Source: an uncultured bacterium (GTDB taxonomy: Bacteria; Cyanobacteriota; Cyanobacteriia; Thermostichales; Thermostichaceae). From it: a DNA stretch of 40,000 nucleotides. Under the pieces are notes generated by a model, which had not been told where the DNA came from, did no database searches, and saw only the letters and a list, made by a program, of their open reading frames with translations. The stretch lies in contig CAYMOX010000024.1 of NCBI GenBank assembly GCA_964392245.1, positions 1 through 40,000 of the forward strand, given 5' to 3'. Numbering within the stretch: position 1 is the stretch's first letter; each line of letters starts with the position of its first letter. Positions 1-10,841 of the stretch are shown piece by piece. The translations under genes were made by a program, and so were the position numbers.

Positions 1-347
1 ATCTCTTCAATTCTACCAAAAAACTCCCATTATCAATTAATCGAAGTCCCCTAAATATTCTGAATGAGGCTCTAGCTTTTTCCGCCATAGGATCAGGTAT
101 TTTTAGAGAGGCGTTCAGGTATTATTTCCTCCATATACACCTCAAATTGACACAAGAGATCCTTCTCTCCCAAGGATCTGAACCTGAGTAGAAGAAATTG
201 TAAAGTGTACTCATCGGAACTTGTCCATAGATGTCAATAACGTTTAGTAATATCAATAAAGGCGAAATGGCTATTTCCTATACAGATTGCCAGGATATAC
301 CTTATATTTGTATCAATCACTGCAAGAAAACCCGCTTTCGATCGGGA

Positions 348-583
348 GGGATGAGTGCATCAAAGAAACCCGTTTAGATCGCTCAGATCCTTCTGTAGAA
401 GTCTATTGAGAGAAGAGAGACTGAGTACATATCACTTGTTCCCCTATTTAGAAATACTCAATCCGTAGCGAAGAAATAATAGACCCACCTACACCATATT
501 TTTTCTGGGGTTGTTCTGACTCTGATCCAGAGGATGAGTACACCGTCAATAATCCAATCACTCTGAGGGGTATGAGTACTCAT
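348..583 (+). promoter_or_regulatory. nifB upstream region with iterated (A/C)TGAGTRC motif and a perfect 12-bp palindrome; candidate activator-binding sites
   Basis: TGAGTGC lies at 352-358 and TGAGTAC at 422-428, 535-541 and 573-579. All copies are in the same orientation and each follows a purine-rich GAGG/GAGA stretch. The last copy is the centre of the perfect palindrome ATGAGTACTCAT (572-583), about 60 nt upstream of the nifB ATG. The binding factor cannot be assigned from sequence alone. Confidence 0.3.
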
Positions 584-642
584 TGGTAACTTTCAGGCGG
601 CTGATATAACGACCTATAACGAAACGCCAGCCTCCTACCCCA

Positions 643-2136
643 ATGACAATGACCCCGATTAAACCCTCTCATAAAACAACCCCTTCTCAGGCCAGGGAGA
701 GCAGGGCTGCTAGTCAAGCATCCAATTGTGGCTGTAGCAGCACTTCTCCTAACGACACCCTGAGTGAGTCCCTGAAAAAGCGGATCGAGCAACATCCCTG
801 CTACAGCGAGGAAGCCCATCACCATTATGCGCGGATGCATGTAGCTGTGGCCCCAGCGTGTAATATCCAGTGCAATTATTGCAATCGCAAATTTGACTGT
901 GCCAATGAAAGTCGCCCTGGAGTTGTCAGTGAGCTATTAACTCCTGAAGAGGCTGCCCATAAGGTGCTGGTGATCGCGGGGAAGATTCCCCAAATGACGG
1001 TTCTGGGCATTGCCGGACCCGGGGATCCGCTAGCCAACCCCAAGGCGACATTTCGCACCTTCGAGCTGATTGCTGAACAGGCTCCAGATATTAAGTTGTG
1101 TCTTTCCAGTAATGGCTTGATGTTGCCAGACTATGTTGATGAAATTAAAAGGCTGAATATCGACCATGTAACCCTGACCATCAACATGGTGGATCCTGAA
1201 ATTGGGACCAGGATCTATCCCTGGATTCGCTGGAATCGCAAGCGCATTACCGGAATCGAAGCGTCGAGGATCTTGCTAGAACGGCAAATGGAAAGTCTTG
1301 ATGCGCTGCGGGAAGCAGATATCCTCTGCAAAGTCAATTCCGTCATGATTCCTGGGATCAATGACCAGCATCTGCAGGAAGTTAATGAAGTGATCCGCTC
1401 CAAAGGCGCTTTTCTGCACAACATCATGCCCCTGATTTCAGCCCCTGAGCATGGTACCTACTTTGGATTGAATGGCCAACGGGGTCCCACACCCAAAGAG
1501 CTGAAGGCCCTGCAGGATTCCTGCTCTGGCAATATGAAAATGATGCGTCATTGCCGCCAGTGTCGTGCCGATGCCGTGGGCTTGCTGGGAGAGGATCGGA
1601 GTCAAGAATTCACTAAAGATAAGTTTCTAGAGATGACTCCTGAGTATGATCCTCAAAAGCGCAGACAGGTTCATGAGGGGATCGAGAAATTCAAGGCAGA
1701 ATTGGAAGCTGCTAAAGCCAGGAAAGCTGCTGTAAAACAGAAAACCTTTACCCCCAACATCCTGGTGGCAGTTGCAACTAAGGGGGGCGGGATGGTGAAT
1801 CGGCACTTTGGACATGCCAAAGAATTCATGATCTATGAGGTGAATGCTGACGAGGCTAAGTTTGTCGGGCATCGGAAGATCGAGCAGTACTGCCACGGGG
1901 GTTATGGTGAAGATAATAATTTAGACGGCATCATTCAGGCCATCTCCGATTGCAAAGCTGTTCTGGTCTCTAAGATCGGGGATTGCCCAATGAAGCGTCT
2001 GCGGCAGGCTGGGATTGAAGTCGTCGAAGCCTATGATGTCATTGAAACGGTGGCCATGAAATATTATCAAACCTGGCTCAGCAACCAGACCGTTGAGATC
2101 AATCCACACCAGCCTGTGGCAGTACACCACCCATGA
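643..2136 (+). CDS. nifB: FeMo-cofactor biosynthesis radical SAM protein NifB with C-terminal NifX-like domain
   Basis: 497-aa ORF. It has the CX3CX2C radical SAM motif [12 protein letters not shown] and a C-terminal NifX/NafY-like segment ([23 protein letters not shown]). It is the first gene of the nif operon. Confidence 0.95.
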   Translation: MTMTPIKPSHKTTPSQARESRAASQASNCGCSSTSPNDTLSESLKKRIEQHPCYSEEAHHHYARMHVAVAPACNIQCNYCNRKFDCANESRPGVVSELLTPEEAAHKVLVIAGKIPQMTVLGIAGPGDPLANPKATFRTFELIAEQAPDIKLCLSSNGLMLPDYVDEIKRLNIDHVTLTINMVDPEIGTRIYPWIRWNRKRITGIEASRILLERQMESLDALREADILCKVNSVMIPGINDQHLQEVNEVIRSKGAFLHNIMPLISAPEHGTYFGLNGQRGPTPKELKALQDSCSGNMKMMRHCRQCRADAVGLLGEDRSQEFTKDKFLEMTPEYDPQKRRQVHEGIEKFKAELEAAKARKAAVKQKTFTPNILVAVATKGGGMVNRHFGHAKEFMIYEVNADEAKFVGHRKIEQYCHGGYGEDNNLDGIIQAISDCKAVLVSKIGDCPMKRLRQAGIEVVEAYDVIETVAMKYYQTWLSNQTVEINPHQPVAVHHP

Positions 2137-2220
2137 CAGTCAACCTAGTTGGGTTCCCTCATCTCAATCTAAGTTTCAACCCATTGAATTAGCCCACTCT
2201 CAATACTCGAAGGTCTCATT

Positions 2221-2514
2221 ATGGCGCAACTCACAGGACTGACTCGTGGTGGAACAACCTGGGTTCCTCAATTCATTGAAAGTATTGATATCAGCCGTTG
2301 CATAGGTTGTGGCCGCTGCCTCAAAGCTTGTGGCCGTGGAGTCTTAAATCTGATGGCCTTGAATGAAGAGGGGGAATTTGTTGAGGACGAGGAAGAGGAT
2401 GAAATTGAACGCAAGGTCATGGTAATTGCCCATGGGGATCTGTGTATTGGCTGCGAGGCCTGTGCCAGGGTTTGCCCCAAGAATTGCCAGACTCACAACC
2501 CCCTATTGAATTGA
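2221..2514 (+). CDS. fdxN: 2x[4Fe-4S] bacterial-type ferredoxin FdxN
   Basis: 97-aa ORF with two cluster motifs, [11 protein letters not shown] and [12 protein letters not shown]. It sits between nifB and nifS, the conserved position in cyanobacterial nif clusters. Confidence 0.85.
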   Translation: MAQLTGLTRGGTTWVPQFIESIDISRCIGCGRCLKACGRGVLNLMALNEEGEFVEDEEEDEIERKVMVIAHGDLCIGCEACARVCPKNCQTHNPLLN

Positions 2515-2618
2515 TCACGGGTGAATTTGCGGATCCGATTATCGCCTATTGTCTTGACTGCCTCCATGAGGCTTGCACTTACTTCAATAACACGCTTTGG
2601 ATTCCCTCTGGAGTTGAA

Positions 2619-3821
2619 ATGAGTCAGATTATCTACCTGGATAACAATGCCACCACAGCAGTCGATCCAGCTGTATTGGAGGCTATGCTCCCTTACCTCA
2701 CCACCCTTTACGGCAATCCCTCCTCAATGCATTCCTTTGGAGGTCAGGTTGGCAAGTCATTGAGGGCAGCTCGTGAGCAAGTTGCTCATCTACTGGGGGC
2801 GGATCCCACCGAGATCCTGTTCACCAGCTGTGGCAGTGAAGGCAACAACGCCGCCATTCGTGCTGCTCTGCAGGCTTTACCGGAAAGGAAGCACATCATT
2901 ACAACACAGGTTGAACATGCAGCGGTGCTGAATGTCTGTAAACAAATGGAGAAACAGGGTTACCGTGTCACCTACCTCTCCGTTGATCGGCAGGGGATGC
3001 TGGATCTATTGGAGCTGGAGGCAGCCCTCACAGGCGATACAGCCCTTGTCACCACCATGGCCGCCAACAACGAAACGGGGGTTCTCTTCCCCATTGAACA
3101 GATCGGGGCTCTGGCAAAAGATTATGGGGCAATCTTCCATGTGGATGCTGTCCAAGCGGTGGGCAAGATCCCTTTAAACATGGACAGCAACACTATCGAT
3201 TTGCTTACTCTTTCTGGACATAAACTTCATGCTCCCAAAGGGATTGGAGCACTGTATATTCGCCGCGGTGTTCGCTTCCGGCCCTTGTTAATAGGAGGTC
3301 ACCAGGAGCGGGGTCGGCGAGCCGGAACTGAGAATGTTGCCGGGATCATTGCTCTGGGGAAAGCCGCTGAAATCGCTCAATCTCACCAACAAAGTGAGGG
3401 GGAAAGACAGCTAAGGGATCGTCTGGAGGAGGGTTTACTGGCTCGGATCCCCGATTGTGAAGTCAATGGCCATCCTGTCCAACGCCTGCCCAATACCAGC
3501 AACATTGGCTTCAAATATATTGAAGGAGAAGCGATCCTCTTCTGGCTCAACCAGCATGGCATCTGCGCTTCGTCTGGATCTGCCTGTACTTCTGGTTCTC
3601 TGGAGCCTTCCCATGTACTGCGGGCCATGGGGCTTCCCTATACCATTCTGCACGGCTCAATTCGCTTTAGTCTCTCTCGTTTCAATACTCCCGCAGACAT
3701 TGATCAAGTGTTGACCGTGATGCCTGAGGTGGTGGCAAAGTTAAGGGCGATCTCTCCCTTTAATAGCGATGCCGCAGATTGGCTTCAGGGTCGCGAACAG
3801 GAACTGGCTCTACATCGCTAA
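2619..3821 (+). CDS. nifS: Cysteine desulfurase NifS
   Basis: PLP-lysine context SGHKLHAPKG and active-site loop SSGSACTSG. The ORF-track start at 2442 overlaps fdxN. ATG 2619 (MSQIIYLDNNATT) matches the conserved NifS/IscS N-terminus, so it is preferred. Confidence 0.9.
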   Translation: MSQIIYLDNNATTAVDPAVLEAMLPYLTTLYGNPSSMHSFGGQVGKSLRAAREQVAHLLGADPTEILFTSCGSEGNNAAIRAALQALPERKHIITTQVEHAAVLNVCKQMEKQGYRVTYLSVDRQGMLDLLELEAALTGDTALVTTMAANNETGVLFPIEQIGALAKDYGAIFHVDAVQAVGKIPLNMDSNTIDLLTLSGHKLHAPKGIGALYIRRGVRFRPLLIGGHQERGRRAGTENVAGIIALGKAAEIAQSHQQSEGERQLRDRLEEGLLARIPDCEVNGHPVQRLPNTSNIGFKYIEGEAILFWLNQHGICASSGSACTSGSLEPSHVLRAMGLPYTILHGSIRFSLSRFNTPADIDQVLTVMPEVVAKLRAISPFNSDAADWLQGREQELALHR

Positions 3822-3850
3822 ATCACCCGATTACAAACAAGGATCAGACA

Positions 3851-4747
3851 ATGTGGGACTACAGCGAAAAAGTTTTAGAACTCTTCTACAATCCTAAAAA
3901 CCAGGGGGTGATCGAGGATCTCCAGGAAGACGGCATCCGGGTGGTGACCGGGGATGTAGGCAGTATTACCTGTGGCGATGCCCTACGTCTACACCTCAAA
4001 ATCGATGTCGCCGCCGATCGGATTCTGGATGCCAGCTTTCAAACCTTCGGCTGCACCAGTGCGATTGCCTCCTCCTCTGCTTTGACTGAATTGCTCAAGG
4101 GGTTGACCCTGGATGCAGCGTTGAAGATCACCAACCGCGAAATTGCAGCTTATCTCGGGGGGTTGCCGGAAGCCAAAATGCACTGTTCCGTCATGGGGCA
4201 AGAAGCTCTGGAAGCGGCGATCTTCAACTACCGTGGTATTCCACTGGCAGCTCACGACGACGATGAAGGCACCCTCCTCTGCACCTGTTTCAGTATCAGT
4301 GAAAGCAAGATCAGGCGTGCGATCCTTGAAAATGGCCTTACAGACGCTGAGCAAGTCACCAACTACATTAAAGCGGGTGGCGGCTGTGGAACCTGTCTTG
4401 CCCAGATTGATGATCTAATCCTCGAGGTCAGAGCTGAACAGAACCAGGAAAAATCAGTTAAACAATCGGCGGATCCCATTCATGCCAGCGTCCAAAAGAT
4501 CTCTAGAACCCTGACCAACCTCCAGAAAATCAACCTGATCCAGCAGGTCATTGAAGAAGAGATCCGGCCTGTACTGATTGCTGACGGTGGTGATGTTGAG
4601 ATCTTTGACATTGATGGCGATCAGATCAAAGTACATCTGAAAGGAGCCTGTGGATCCTGTGCTTCCAGCACTGAAACCCTTAAGTTTGCGATTGAAGCGC
4701 GCCTACAAGAGCGTGTCCTGTCCACCCTGGTTGTTGAAGCCGTTTAG
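3851..4747 (+). CDS. nifU: Fe-S cluster scaffold NifU (IscU-like, central 2Fe-2S and Nfu-like domains)
   Basis: The N-terminus MWDYSEKVLELFYNPKN is typical of NifU/IscU. A central Cys-rich segment is present (CTCF...GGGCGTC) and the C-terminal Nfu motif GACGSC. ATG 3851 is preferred over the ORF-track start at 3779, which overlaps nifS. Confidence 0.93.
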   Translation: MWDYSEKVLELFYNPKNQGVIEDLQEDGIRVVTGDVGSITCGDALRLHLKIDVAADRILDASFQTFGCTSAIASSSALTELLKGLTLDAALKITNREIAAYLGGLPEAKMHCSVMGQEALEAAIFNYRGIPLAAHDDDEGTLLCTCFSISESKIRRAILENGLTDAEQVTNYIKAGGGCGTCLAQIDDLILEVRAEQNQEKSVKQSADPIHASVQKISRTLTNLQKINLIQQVIEEEIRPVLIADGGDVEIFDIDGDQIKVHLKGACGSCASSTETLKFAIEARLQERVLSTLVVEAV

Positions 4748-4879
4748 AAAGCGATGATTTCCCAATGATGCAAATCACAGTTCATCAACCCTTTTCTGTC
4801 GAGAGGGCTCCCCCAACTCTCTTGAACCCGAGGATCTGAAACCTACTCTCTGGATCAGTTCTTCCCCCGACCCATTTGA

Positions 4880-5791
<912 letters not shown>

Positions 5792-5807
5792 GTCCTAATG
5801 ACTTGGA

Positions 5808-5846
5808 GTGGCTGTTCTCTGGTCAAGTTGCGCTCAGAACAGCCAT
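5808..5846 (+). other. Intercistronic stem-loop between nifH and nifD
   Basis: GGCTGTTCT (5810-5818) is the exact reverse complement of AGAACAGCC (5836-5844). The stem extends by a T-A pair (5809/5845) and a G-U pair (5808/5846). The loop is 17 nt. No T-tract follows. Confidence 0.4.
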
Positions 5847-5890
5847 CCACTGCCTGTATCTCTCTACCTACTCCATTCGAGAGGAAGATT

Positions 5891-7330
5891 ATGACAACTG
5901 TAGAAGACAAGAAAAAGCTGATTGATCAGGTCCTGGAGGTTTATCCAGATCAAGCCAAGAAAAAGCGGACCAAACATCTAAACGTCTATGAAGAAGGCAT
6001 GGCGGATTGTGGTGTCAAATCCAACATCAAATCTGTCCCGGGATCCATGACCACTCGTGGTTGTGCCTATGCCGGATCAAAAGGGGTGGTGTGGGGACCA
6101 GTTAAAGACATGATTCACATCAGTCATGGCCCTGTGGGTTGTGGCTACTACTCATGGTCCGGTCGCCGCAATTACTATATTGGCACCACAGGTGTAGATA
6201 CCTTCGGCACGATGCAATTCACCTCTGACTTTCAGGAGAGGGATATTGTCTTTGGTGGGGATAAAAAACTGGGGAAATTGATCCATGAGCTGGAAGAACT
6301 CTTTCCCCTCAATAATGGGATTTCTATTCAATCTGAATGTCCCATCGGCCTGATCGGAGATGATATTGAAGCAGTTGCCAGAAAAACTAGCAAAGAAATC
6401 AACAAGACAGTTGTTCCGGTCCGCTGTGAAGGATTTCGTGGTGTTTCGCAATCTTTGGGTCACCACATTGCTAACGATGCTATTCGTGACTGGGTATTCC
6501 CCAAAGCTAAAAAGACTGCTGAGGAACTGGGATTTCAGTCCACTCCTTACGATGTAGCCATCATTGGTGATTACAATATCGCTGGGGATGCCTGGTCTAG
6601 CCGGATTCTACTGGAAGAGATCGGCTTGCGGGTGATCGCCCAGTGGTCAGGCGACGGCACCTTAAAAGAGATGGAGCTCACCCCCTTGGTGAAGTTGAAT
6701 CTGGTCCACTGTTACCGTTCAATGAACTACATTTCTCGCCACATGGAGGAGACCTACGGTATTCCCTGGATCGAGTACAACTTCTTTGGTCCTACCCAGA
6801 TCGCTCAATCCCTGCGCAACATTGCTTCCCATTTTGATGAAACCATTCAGGCTAAGGCCGAAGCGGTGATTGCTAAGTATCAACCTCAGGCAGATGCCGT
6901 AATCAATAAGTTCAAGCCCCGTTTAGAAGGGAAGAAGGTGGCCCTCATGGTAGGGGGTCTGCGTCCCCGTCACGTCGTGCCTGCTTTCGTCGATCTGGGC
7001 ATGGAGCTGGTCAGTACAGGCTATGAGTTTGGTCATAACGACGACTACAAACGCACCACCCATTATGTCGAGGACGGCACCGTCATCTATGATGATGTCT
7101 CCGGCTATGAGTTTGAACAGCTGATCAAAGAGCTCAAGCCTGACCTGGTGGCAGCAGGGATCAAAGAGAAGTATGTCTTCCAGAAAATGGCTCTTCCCTT
7201 CCGTCAAATGCACTCCTGGGATTACTCCGGCCCTTATCACGGTTACGACGGCTTTGCCATCTTTGCCAGAGATATGGATCTCGCCCTCAACAGTCCCACC
7301 TGGGATCTGATCAAAGCTCCCTGGAAATAG
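5891..7330 (+). CDS. nifD: Mo-nitrogenase MoFe protein alpha chain NifD
   Basis: FeMo-co ligand contexts [10 protein letters not shown] (Cys) and [11 protein letters not shown] (His). ATG 5891 ([10 protein letters not shown]) follows GAGGAAG (5881-5887). The ORF-track start at 5798 adds an unsupported extension. Confidence 0.97.
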   Translation: MTTVEDKKKLIDQVLEVYPDQAKKKRTKHLNVYEEGMADCGVKSNIKSVPGSMTTRGCAYAGSKGVVWGPVKDMIHISHGPVGCGYYSWSGRRNYYIGTTGVDTFGTMQFTSDFQERDIVFGGDKKLGKLIHELEELFPLNNGISIQSECPIGLIGDDIEAVARKTSKEINKTVVPVRCEGFRGVSQSLGHHIANDAIRDWVFPKAKKTAEELGFQSTPYDVAIIGDYNIAGDAWSSRILLEEIGLRVIAQWSGDGTLKEMELTPLVKLNLVHCYRSMNYISRHMEETYGIPWIEYNFFGPTQIAQSLRNIASHFDETIQAKAEAVIAKYQPQADAVINKFKPRLEGKKVALMVGGLRPRHVVPAFVDLGMELVSTGYEFGHNDDYKRTTHYVEDGTVIYDDVSGYEFEQLIKELKPDLVAAGIKEKYVFQKMALPFRQMHSWDYSGPYHGYDGFAIFARDMDLALNSPTWDLIKAPWK

Positions 7331-7481
7331 ATGCTCTTCAAGTTATTCCATTGGGATCCAGCCTGCGTAGCCCCACAACAGTTCTTGTCATCGATCAACT
7401 TCAGTTGCCTGTCATCACCAATCACGTGCTTTGAACCCAGGGGATCCCTTCGTCCTACCCCATCCCTCAAGGAGAATTACC

Positions 7482-9017
7482 ATGCCTCAGAATGTGGAGA
7501 ATATCAAAGATCACGCGACACTGTTCCATGAGCCGGAATATCAAACCCTATTCGCCAACAAGCGTGAGTTTGAGGGAATGGCTGATGCCGATGAAGTCGC
7601 CCGCGTTGCTGAGTGGACCAAGACCTGGGATTATCGCGAAAAGAATTTTGAACGTGAGGCCCTTACCGTCAACCCTGCCAAAGCCTGTCAGCCACTGGGT
7701 GCGATCCTGGCTGCTGTCGGTTTTGAAGGGACACTTCCCTTTGTTCACGGATCTCAGGGATGTGTGGCTTACTTCCGCACCCACTTGACCCGCCACTTCA
7801 AAGAGCCCTTCTCTGCCGTATCTTCTTCCATGACTGAAGATGCTGCTGTCTTTGGCGGCTTAAAGAACATGCTGGAAGGCCTGGAAAACAGCTATGCCCT
7901 TTACCAACCCCAGATGATCGCTGTCTGCACCACCTGCATGGCTGAGGTGATCGGGGATGATCTTTTTGCTTTTATCAGCAATGCTAAAACCGAAGGCAGG
8001 ATCCCCAGAGAGTTACCTGTTCCCTTTGCACATACCCCCAGTTTTGTGGGTTCTCATGTGACTGGCTACGACAACATGCTCAAGGGGATACTTCAAGACC
8101 TGACCAAAGGGAAGAAAACTGACAATACCAACGGTAAGTTCAATGTGATCCCAGGGTTTGAAACTTACATCGGTAATCTGCGCGAGATCAAGCGGATCTT
8201 TTCCCTCTTTGATATCCCGCTGACCTTGCTGGCGGACAACTCCGACTATCTGGATTCCCCCAATGACGGCGAGTTCCGCATGTATCAGGGGGGCACTCCT
8301 CTCCAGGAAGCTGCAGATGCGATCAATGGTGAGGCAACATTTTCACTACAGCGCTACAGCACCGTCAAAACTCGCGCCTTTATTGAAGAAACCTGGGAAC
8401 AGTCCACACCCGTTTGCCGACCGATCGGAATTCGGGGCACGGATGCCTTGTTAATGGAGTTGTCAGAACTGACTGGCAAGCCGATCCCCCGGCAGCTGGA
8501 AATTGAGCGGGGTCGTGCGGTGGATGCCCTTACCGATTCCCAAGCCTGGATCCACGGCAAACGGGTCGCCCTCTACGGTGATCCGGATCTAGTCATGGGT
8601 CTGTTGAGTTTCCTGCTGGAAGTGGGGGCAGAGCCAGTGCATATCGTAGTCACCAACAGCAACTCCGAGTTTGAAGCCGAAGCCAAAGAATTGCTGGAAT
8701 CCAGTCCCTACGGCAGTGAAGCCACGGTTTGGGGGGGTAAAGATCTCTGGCATCTGCGCTCCTTGTTATTTACCGAGCCTGTTGATCTTCTGATCGGCAA
8801 CTCCTACGGCAAATACCTCTGGCGGGACACCCATACGCCTCTGGTGCGGATTGGCTATCCCATTTTTGATCGTCATCACCTACACCGTTATTCCATTTAC
8901 GGCTATGAAGGTACAATCAACCTGCTGAACTGGATCGTGAATACGATTCTGGATGAGTTGGACCGCAACACGATCATTCCTTCAAAAACCGACATCTCCT
9001 ACGATTTAATCCGTTAG
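7482..9017 (+). CDS. nifK: Mo-nitrogenase MoFe protein beta chain NifK
   Basis: P-cluster Cys contexts GSQGCVAY and [15 protein letters not shown] 7482 ([11 protein letters not shown]) follows SD AAGGAGA (7469-7475). No G-subunit gene lies between D and K, so this is the Mo type. Confidence 0.97.
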   Translation: MPQNVENIKDHATLFHEPEYQTLFANKREFEGMADADEVARVAEWTKTWDYREKNFEREALTVNPAKACQPLGAILAAVGFEGTLPFVHGSQGCVAYFRTHLTRHFKEPFSAVSSSMTEDAAVFGGLKNMLEGLENSYALYQPQMIAVCTTCMAEVIGDDLFAFISNAKTEGRIPRELPVPFAHTPSFVGSHVTGYDNMLKGILQDLTKGKKTDNTNGKFNVIPGFETYIGNLREIKRIFSLFDIPLTLLADNSDYLDSPNDGEFRMYQGGTPLQEAADAINGEATFSLQRYSTVKTRAFIEETWEQSTPVCRPIGIRGTDALLMELSELTGKPIPRQLEIERGRAVDALTDSQAWIHGKRVALYGDPDLVMGLLSFLLEVGAEPVHIVVTNSNSEFEAEAKELLESSPYGSEATVWGGKDLWHLRSLLFTEPVDLLIGNSYGKYLWRDTHTPLVRIGYPIFDRHHLHRYSIYGYEGTINLLNWIVNTILDELDRNTIIPSKTDISYDLIR

Positions 9018-9098
9018 GAACCCATGCTTTCAGGCGATTGATCTTTAACAACGATTGATCGCCTCAACCAACTCCTTTTGAAGATTAAGGAGATTTAT

Positions 9099-10229
9099 AT
9101 GTCCAGGATCCGAATTAACGACACCACACTCAGAGATGGGGAACAGGCTGCAGGGGTGGCCTTTCAACTCCAGGAAAAAGTTGCCATCGCAACGCTACTG
9201 GATGAAATAGGAGTGCCAGAGATTGAAGTGGGCATCCCCGCTATGGGAGATGTGGAAGTCGAAGCGATCCAGGCGATCCTCAATCTGGGACTCAACGCAG
9301 ATCTACTGGGATGGAATCGTGCCGTCCGCTCGGATCTAGTAGCCTCTTTACGGTCTGGATTGCAACGAGTCCATATCTCTGTACCTGTGTCCACGATTCA
9401 GATTGCCACTAAATTTAAAGGCAATCCCCGACAGATGATGCAGCAATTGCAGGAGAGCATTGAGTTTGCCCTTGATCATGGGTTGTGGGTTTCGGTCGGG
9501 GGAGAGGATTCTACCCGTGCAGATCCACTCTTTCTGGTGGAAATTGCCCTCATGGCCCAGGAACTTGGAGCTTCTCGGTTTCGCTATTGTGATACGGTCG
9601 GGATCTTAGATCCTTTCAGGACGTATGAACAGGTCCGTCATTTGGTGCAGAGCCTACAAATTCCGGTAGAGATGCACACCCATGATGACTTGGGAATGGC
9701 CACTGCCAATGCACTAGCAGGTCTACGGGCTGGGGCAACGTCTGTCAACACTACCGTGAATGGTTTAGGGGAACGGGCAGGTAACGCTCCCCTCGAGGAG
9801 ATCATTATGTCTTTAAAAATGATTGAGGGCATTGATCTGGGGATTGATACTCACCGCTTGCGGGAACTCTCACTTGAAGTTGCAAAGGCCTCTGGGAGTT
9901 CGCTCCCACCCTGGAAGGCGATTGTGGGTGACAATAGTTTTGCCCATGAATCAGGGATCCATACGGCTGGAGTCCTACGAGATCCCAGAACTTACGAACC
10001 GTTTAGTCCAGAAGAAGTAGGGGCCACCCGCCACTTCGTGATCGGCAAGCATTCGGGTCGAAATTTATTAAAGGAACTTCTGCAAGACCACTCAACCCCA
10101 CCAGATACAGGCGAACACATGGCGATCCTGCAGAAAGTCCGCCTAGCAGCGATGCAAAAGAAACGGGGTGTTACTGTCGAAGAACTAAAACAACTGATCA
10201 ATCAGGAGGATCTAAGCTATGCGAGTTGA
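9099..10229 (+). CDS. nifV: Homocitrate synthase NifV
   Basis: HMGL-like N-terminus RINDTTLRDGEQ. ATG 9099 follows SD AAGGAGA (9087-9093). The ORF-track start at 9078 is a TTG. Confidence 0.85.
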   Translation: MSRIRINDTTLRDGEQAAGVAFQLQEKVAIATLLDEIGVPEIEVGIPAMGDVEVEAIQAILNLGLNADLLGWNRAVRSDLVASLRSGLQRVHISVPVSTIQIATKFKGNPRQMMQQLQESIEFALDHGLWVSVGGEDSTRADPLFLVEIALMAQELGASRFRYCDTVGILDPFRTYEQVRHLVQSLQIPVEMHTHDDLGMATANALAGLRAGATSVNTTVNGLGERAGNAPLEEIIMSLKMIEGIDLGIDTHRLRELSLEVAKASGSSLPPWKAIVGDNSFAHESGIHTAGVLRDPRTYEPFSPEEVGATRHFVIGKHSGRNLLKELLQDHSTPPDTGEHMAILQKVRLAAMQKKRGVTVEELKQLINQEDLSYAS

Positions 10230-10365
10230 AATCGAATCTTTACATCTTCACAGTCAAGCTATCTTGCGTACAGTACATCAAGAATCATTGTCACGCATGC
10301 GTGGGTTGACCACCAGAGAGATCTTACATCTACTAAAAAATGGGGTTAGTCATGATGGCATCTGA
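10219..10365 (+). CDS. Hypothetical 48-aa small ORF bridging nifV and nifZ (unverified)
   Basis: ATG 10219 sits 8 nt after a strong SD, AGGAGGA (10204-10210). It translates to MRVEIESLHLHSQAILRTVHQESLSRMRGLTTREILHLLKNGVSHDGI, with stop TGA at 10363-10365. It overlaps the nifV 3' end and the nifZ 5' end and is below the ORF-track length cut-off. I recognise no homology. Confidence 0.2.
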   Translation: MRVEIESLHLHSQAILRTVHQESLSRMRGLTTREILHLLKNGVSHDGI

Positions 10366-10618
10366 TGAGTTGGAATTAGATCTTCCTCCTGTATTTGAGA
10401 TTGGAGAAAAGGTGCAAGTCCGCATACTGATCCGCAATGATGGTACATTTCCAGGCAAGGAGATTGGCGAAACTCTAGCGAAAAAAGGGGAAATTGGTTA
10501 TGTCGTTTCCATAGGAACATTTCTGCAATCATCCTATATCTATGCTGTCCATTTTCTGGAAACAGGCTATGTAGTAGGATGCCGCAAGAAAGAACTAGAA
10601 CTAGCTGGAGCAAACTGA
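10340..10618 (+). CDS. nifZ: Nitrogenase maturation protein NifZ
   Basis: NifZ signature FEIGEKVQVRILIRNDGTFPGKEIGETLAKKGEIGYVV. Alternative starts exist at ATG 10352/10355. The stop TGA overlaps the nifT ATG (TGATG at 10616-10620). Confidence 0.85.
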   Translation: MGLVMMASDELELDLPPVFEIGEKVQVRILIRNDGTFPGKEIGETLAKKGEIGYVVSIGTFLQSSYIYAVHFLETGYVVGCRKKELELAGAN

Positions 10619-10824
10619 TGAAAGTGATGTTACGCCGTGCCTCAAACGGACACCTCCTGGCTTACGTAGCCAAAAAAGATTTAGAAGAAGAAGTGGTTGA
10701 TGAGCAGATAGAAAATCAGAATACAATCCTTACGCTAGCAAACGGCTGGAGGTTATTTGTTGTTGATCTTATTCATCCTTTGCAGCTTCCACAGACAGTC
10801 GAAGCTAGACGTTTAAGTGATTGA
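10618..10824 (+). CDS. nifT: NifT/FixU family protein
   Basis: MKVMLRRASNGHLLAYVAKKDLEEEVV matches the NifT AKKDLEE core. ATG 10618 is coupled to the nifZ stop. The ORF-track start at 10579 lies inside nifZ. Confidence 0.85.
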   Translation: MKVMLRRASNGHLLAYVAKKDLEEEVVDEQIENQNTILTLANGWRLFVVDLIHPLQLPQTVEARRLSD

Positions 10825-10841
10825 AATGCTGCTTCAGATCT

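Noticed and set aside
1-88. A possible divergent gene start at the left edge: minus-strand ATG at 88 giving MAEKARASFRIFRGLRLIDNGSFLVELKR..., open to position 1. Also a possible 17-codon C-terminal tail of a plus-strand gene ending at 54.
   Set aside because: Fewer than 30 codons are visible and I recognise no motif. Neither can be supported from this window alone.
2442-2618. N-terminal extensions implied by the ORF track for nifS (2442), nifU (3779), nifD (5798), nifK (7431), nifV (9078, TTG), nifT (10579), the glycosyltransferase (17072) and the Nit1C radical SAM (19720).
   Set aside because: The extensions overlap the preceding genes or lack homology. Internal ATGs reproduce the conserved family N-termini, and most of them either have an SD motif at the right distance or sit tightly against or overlap the preceding stop codon.
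5891-9017. Whether this could be an alternative (V- or Fe-only) nitrogenase.
   Set aside because: No G (delta) subunit gene lies between the D and K genes. The NifD sequence has the Mo-type Cys and His ligand contexts, and nifV/nifB/nifZ/nifT accompany it.
10825-10841. A bidirectional terminator between convergent nifT and the GGDEF-EAL gene.
   Set aside because: Only 17 nt separate the two stops. I could not form a stable GC-rich stem with flanking T/A tracts.
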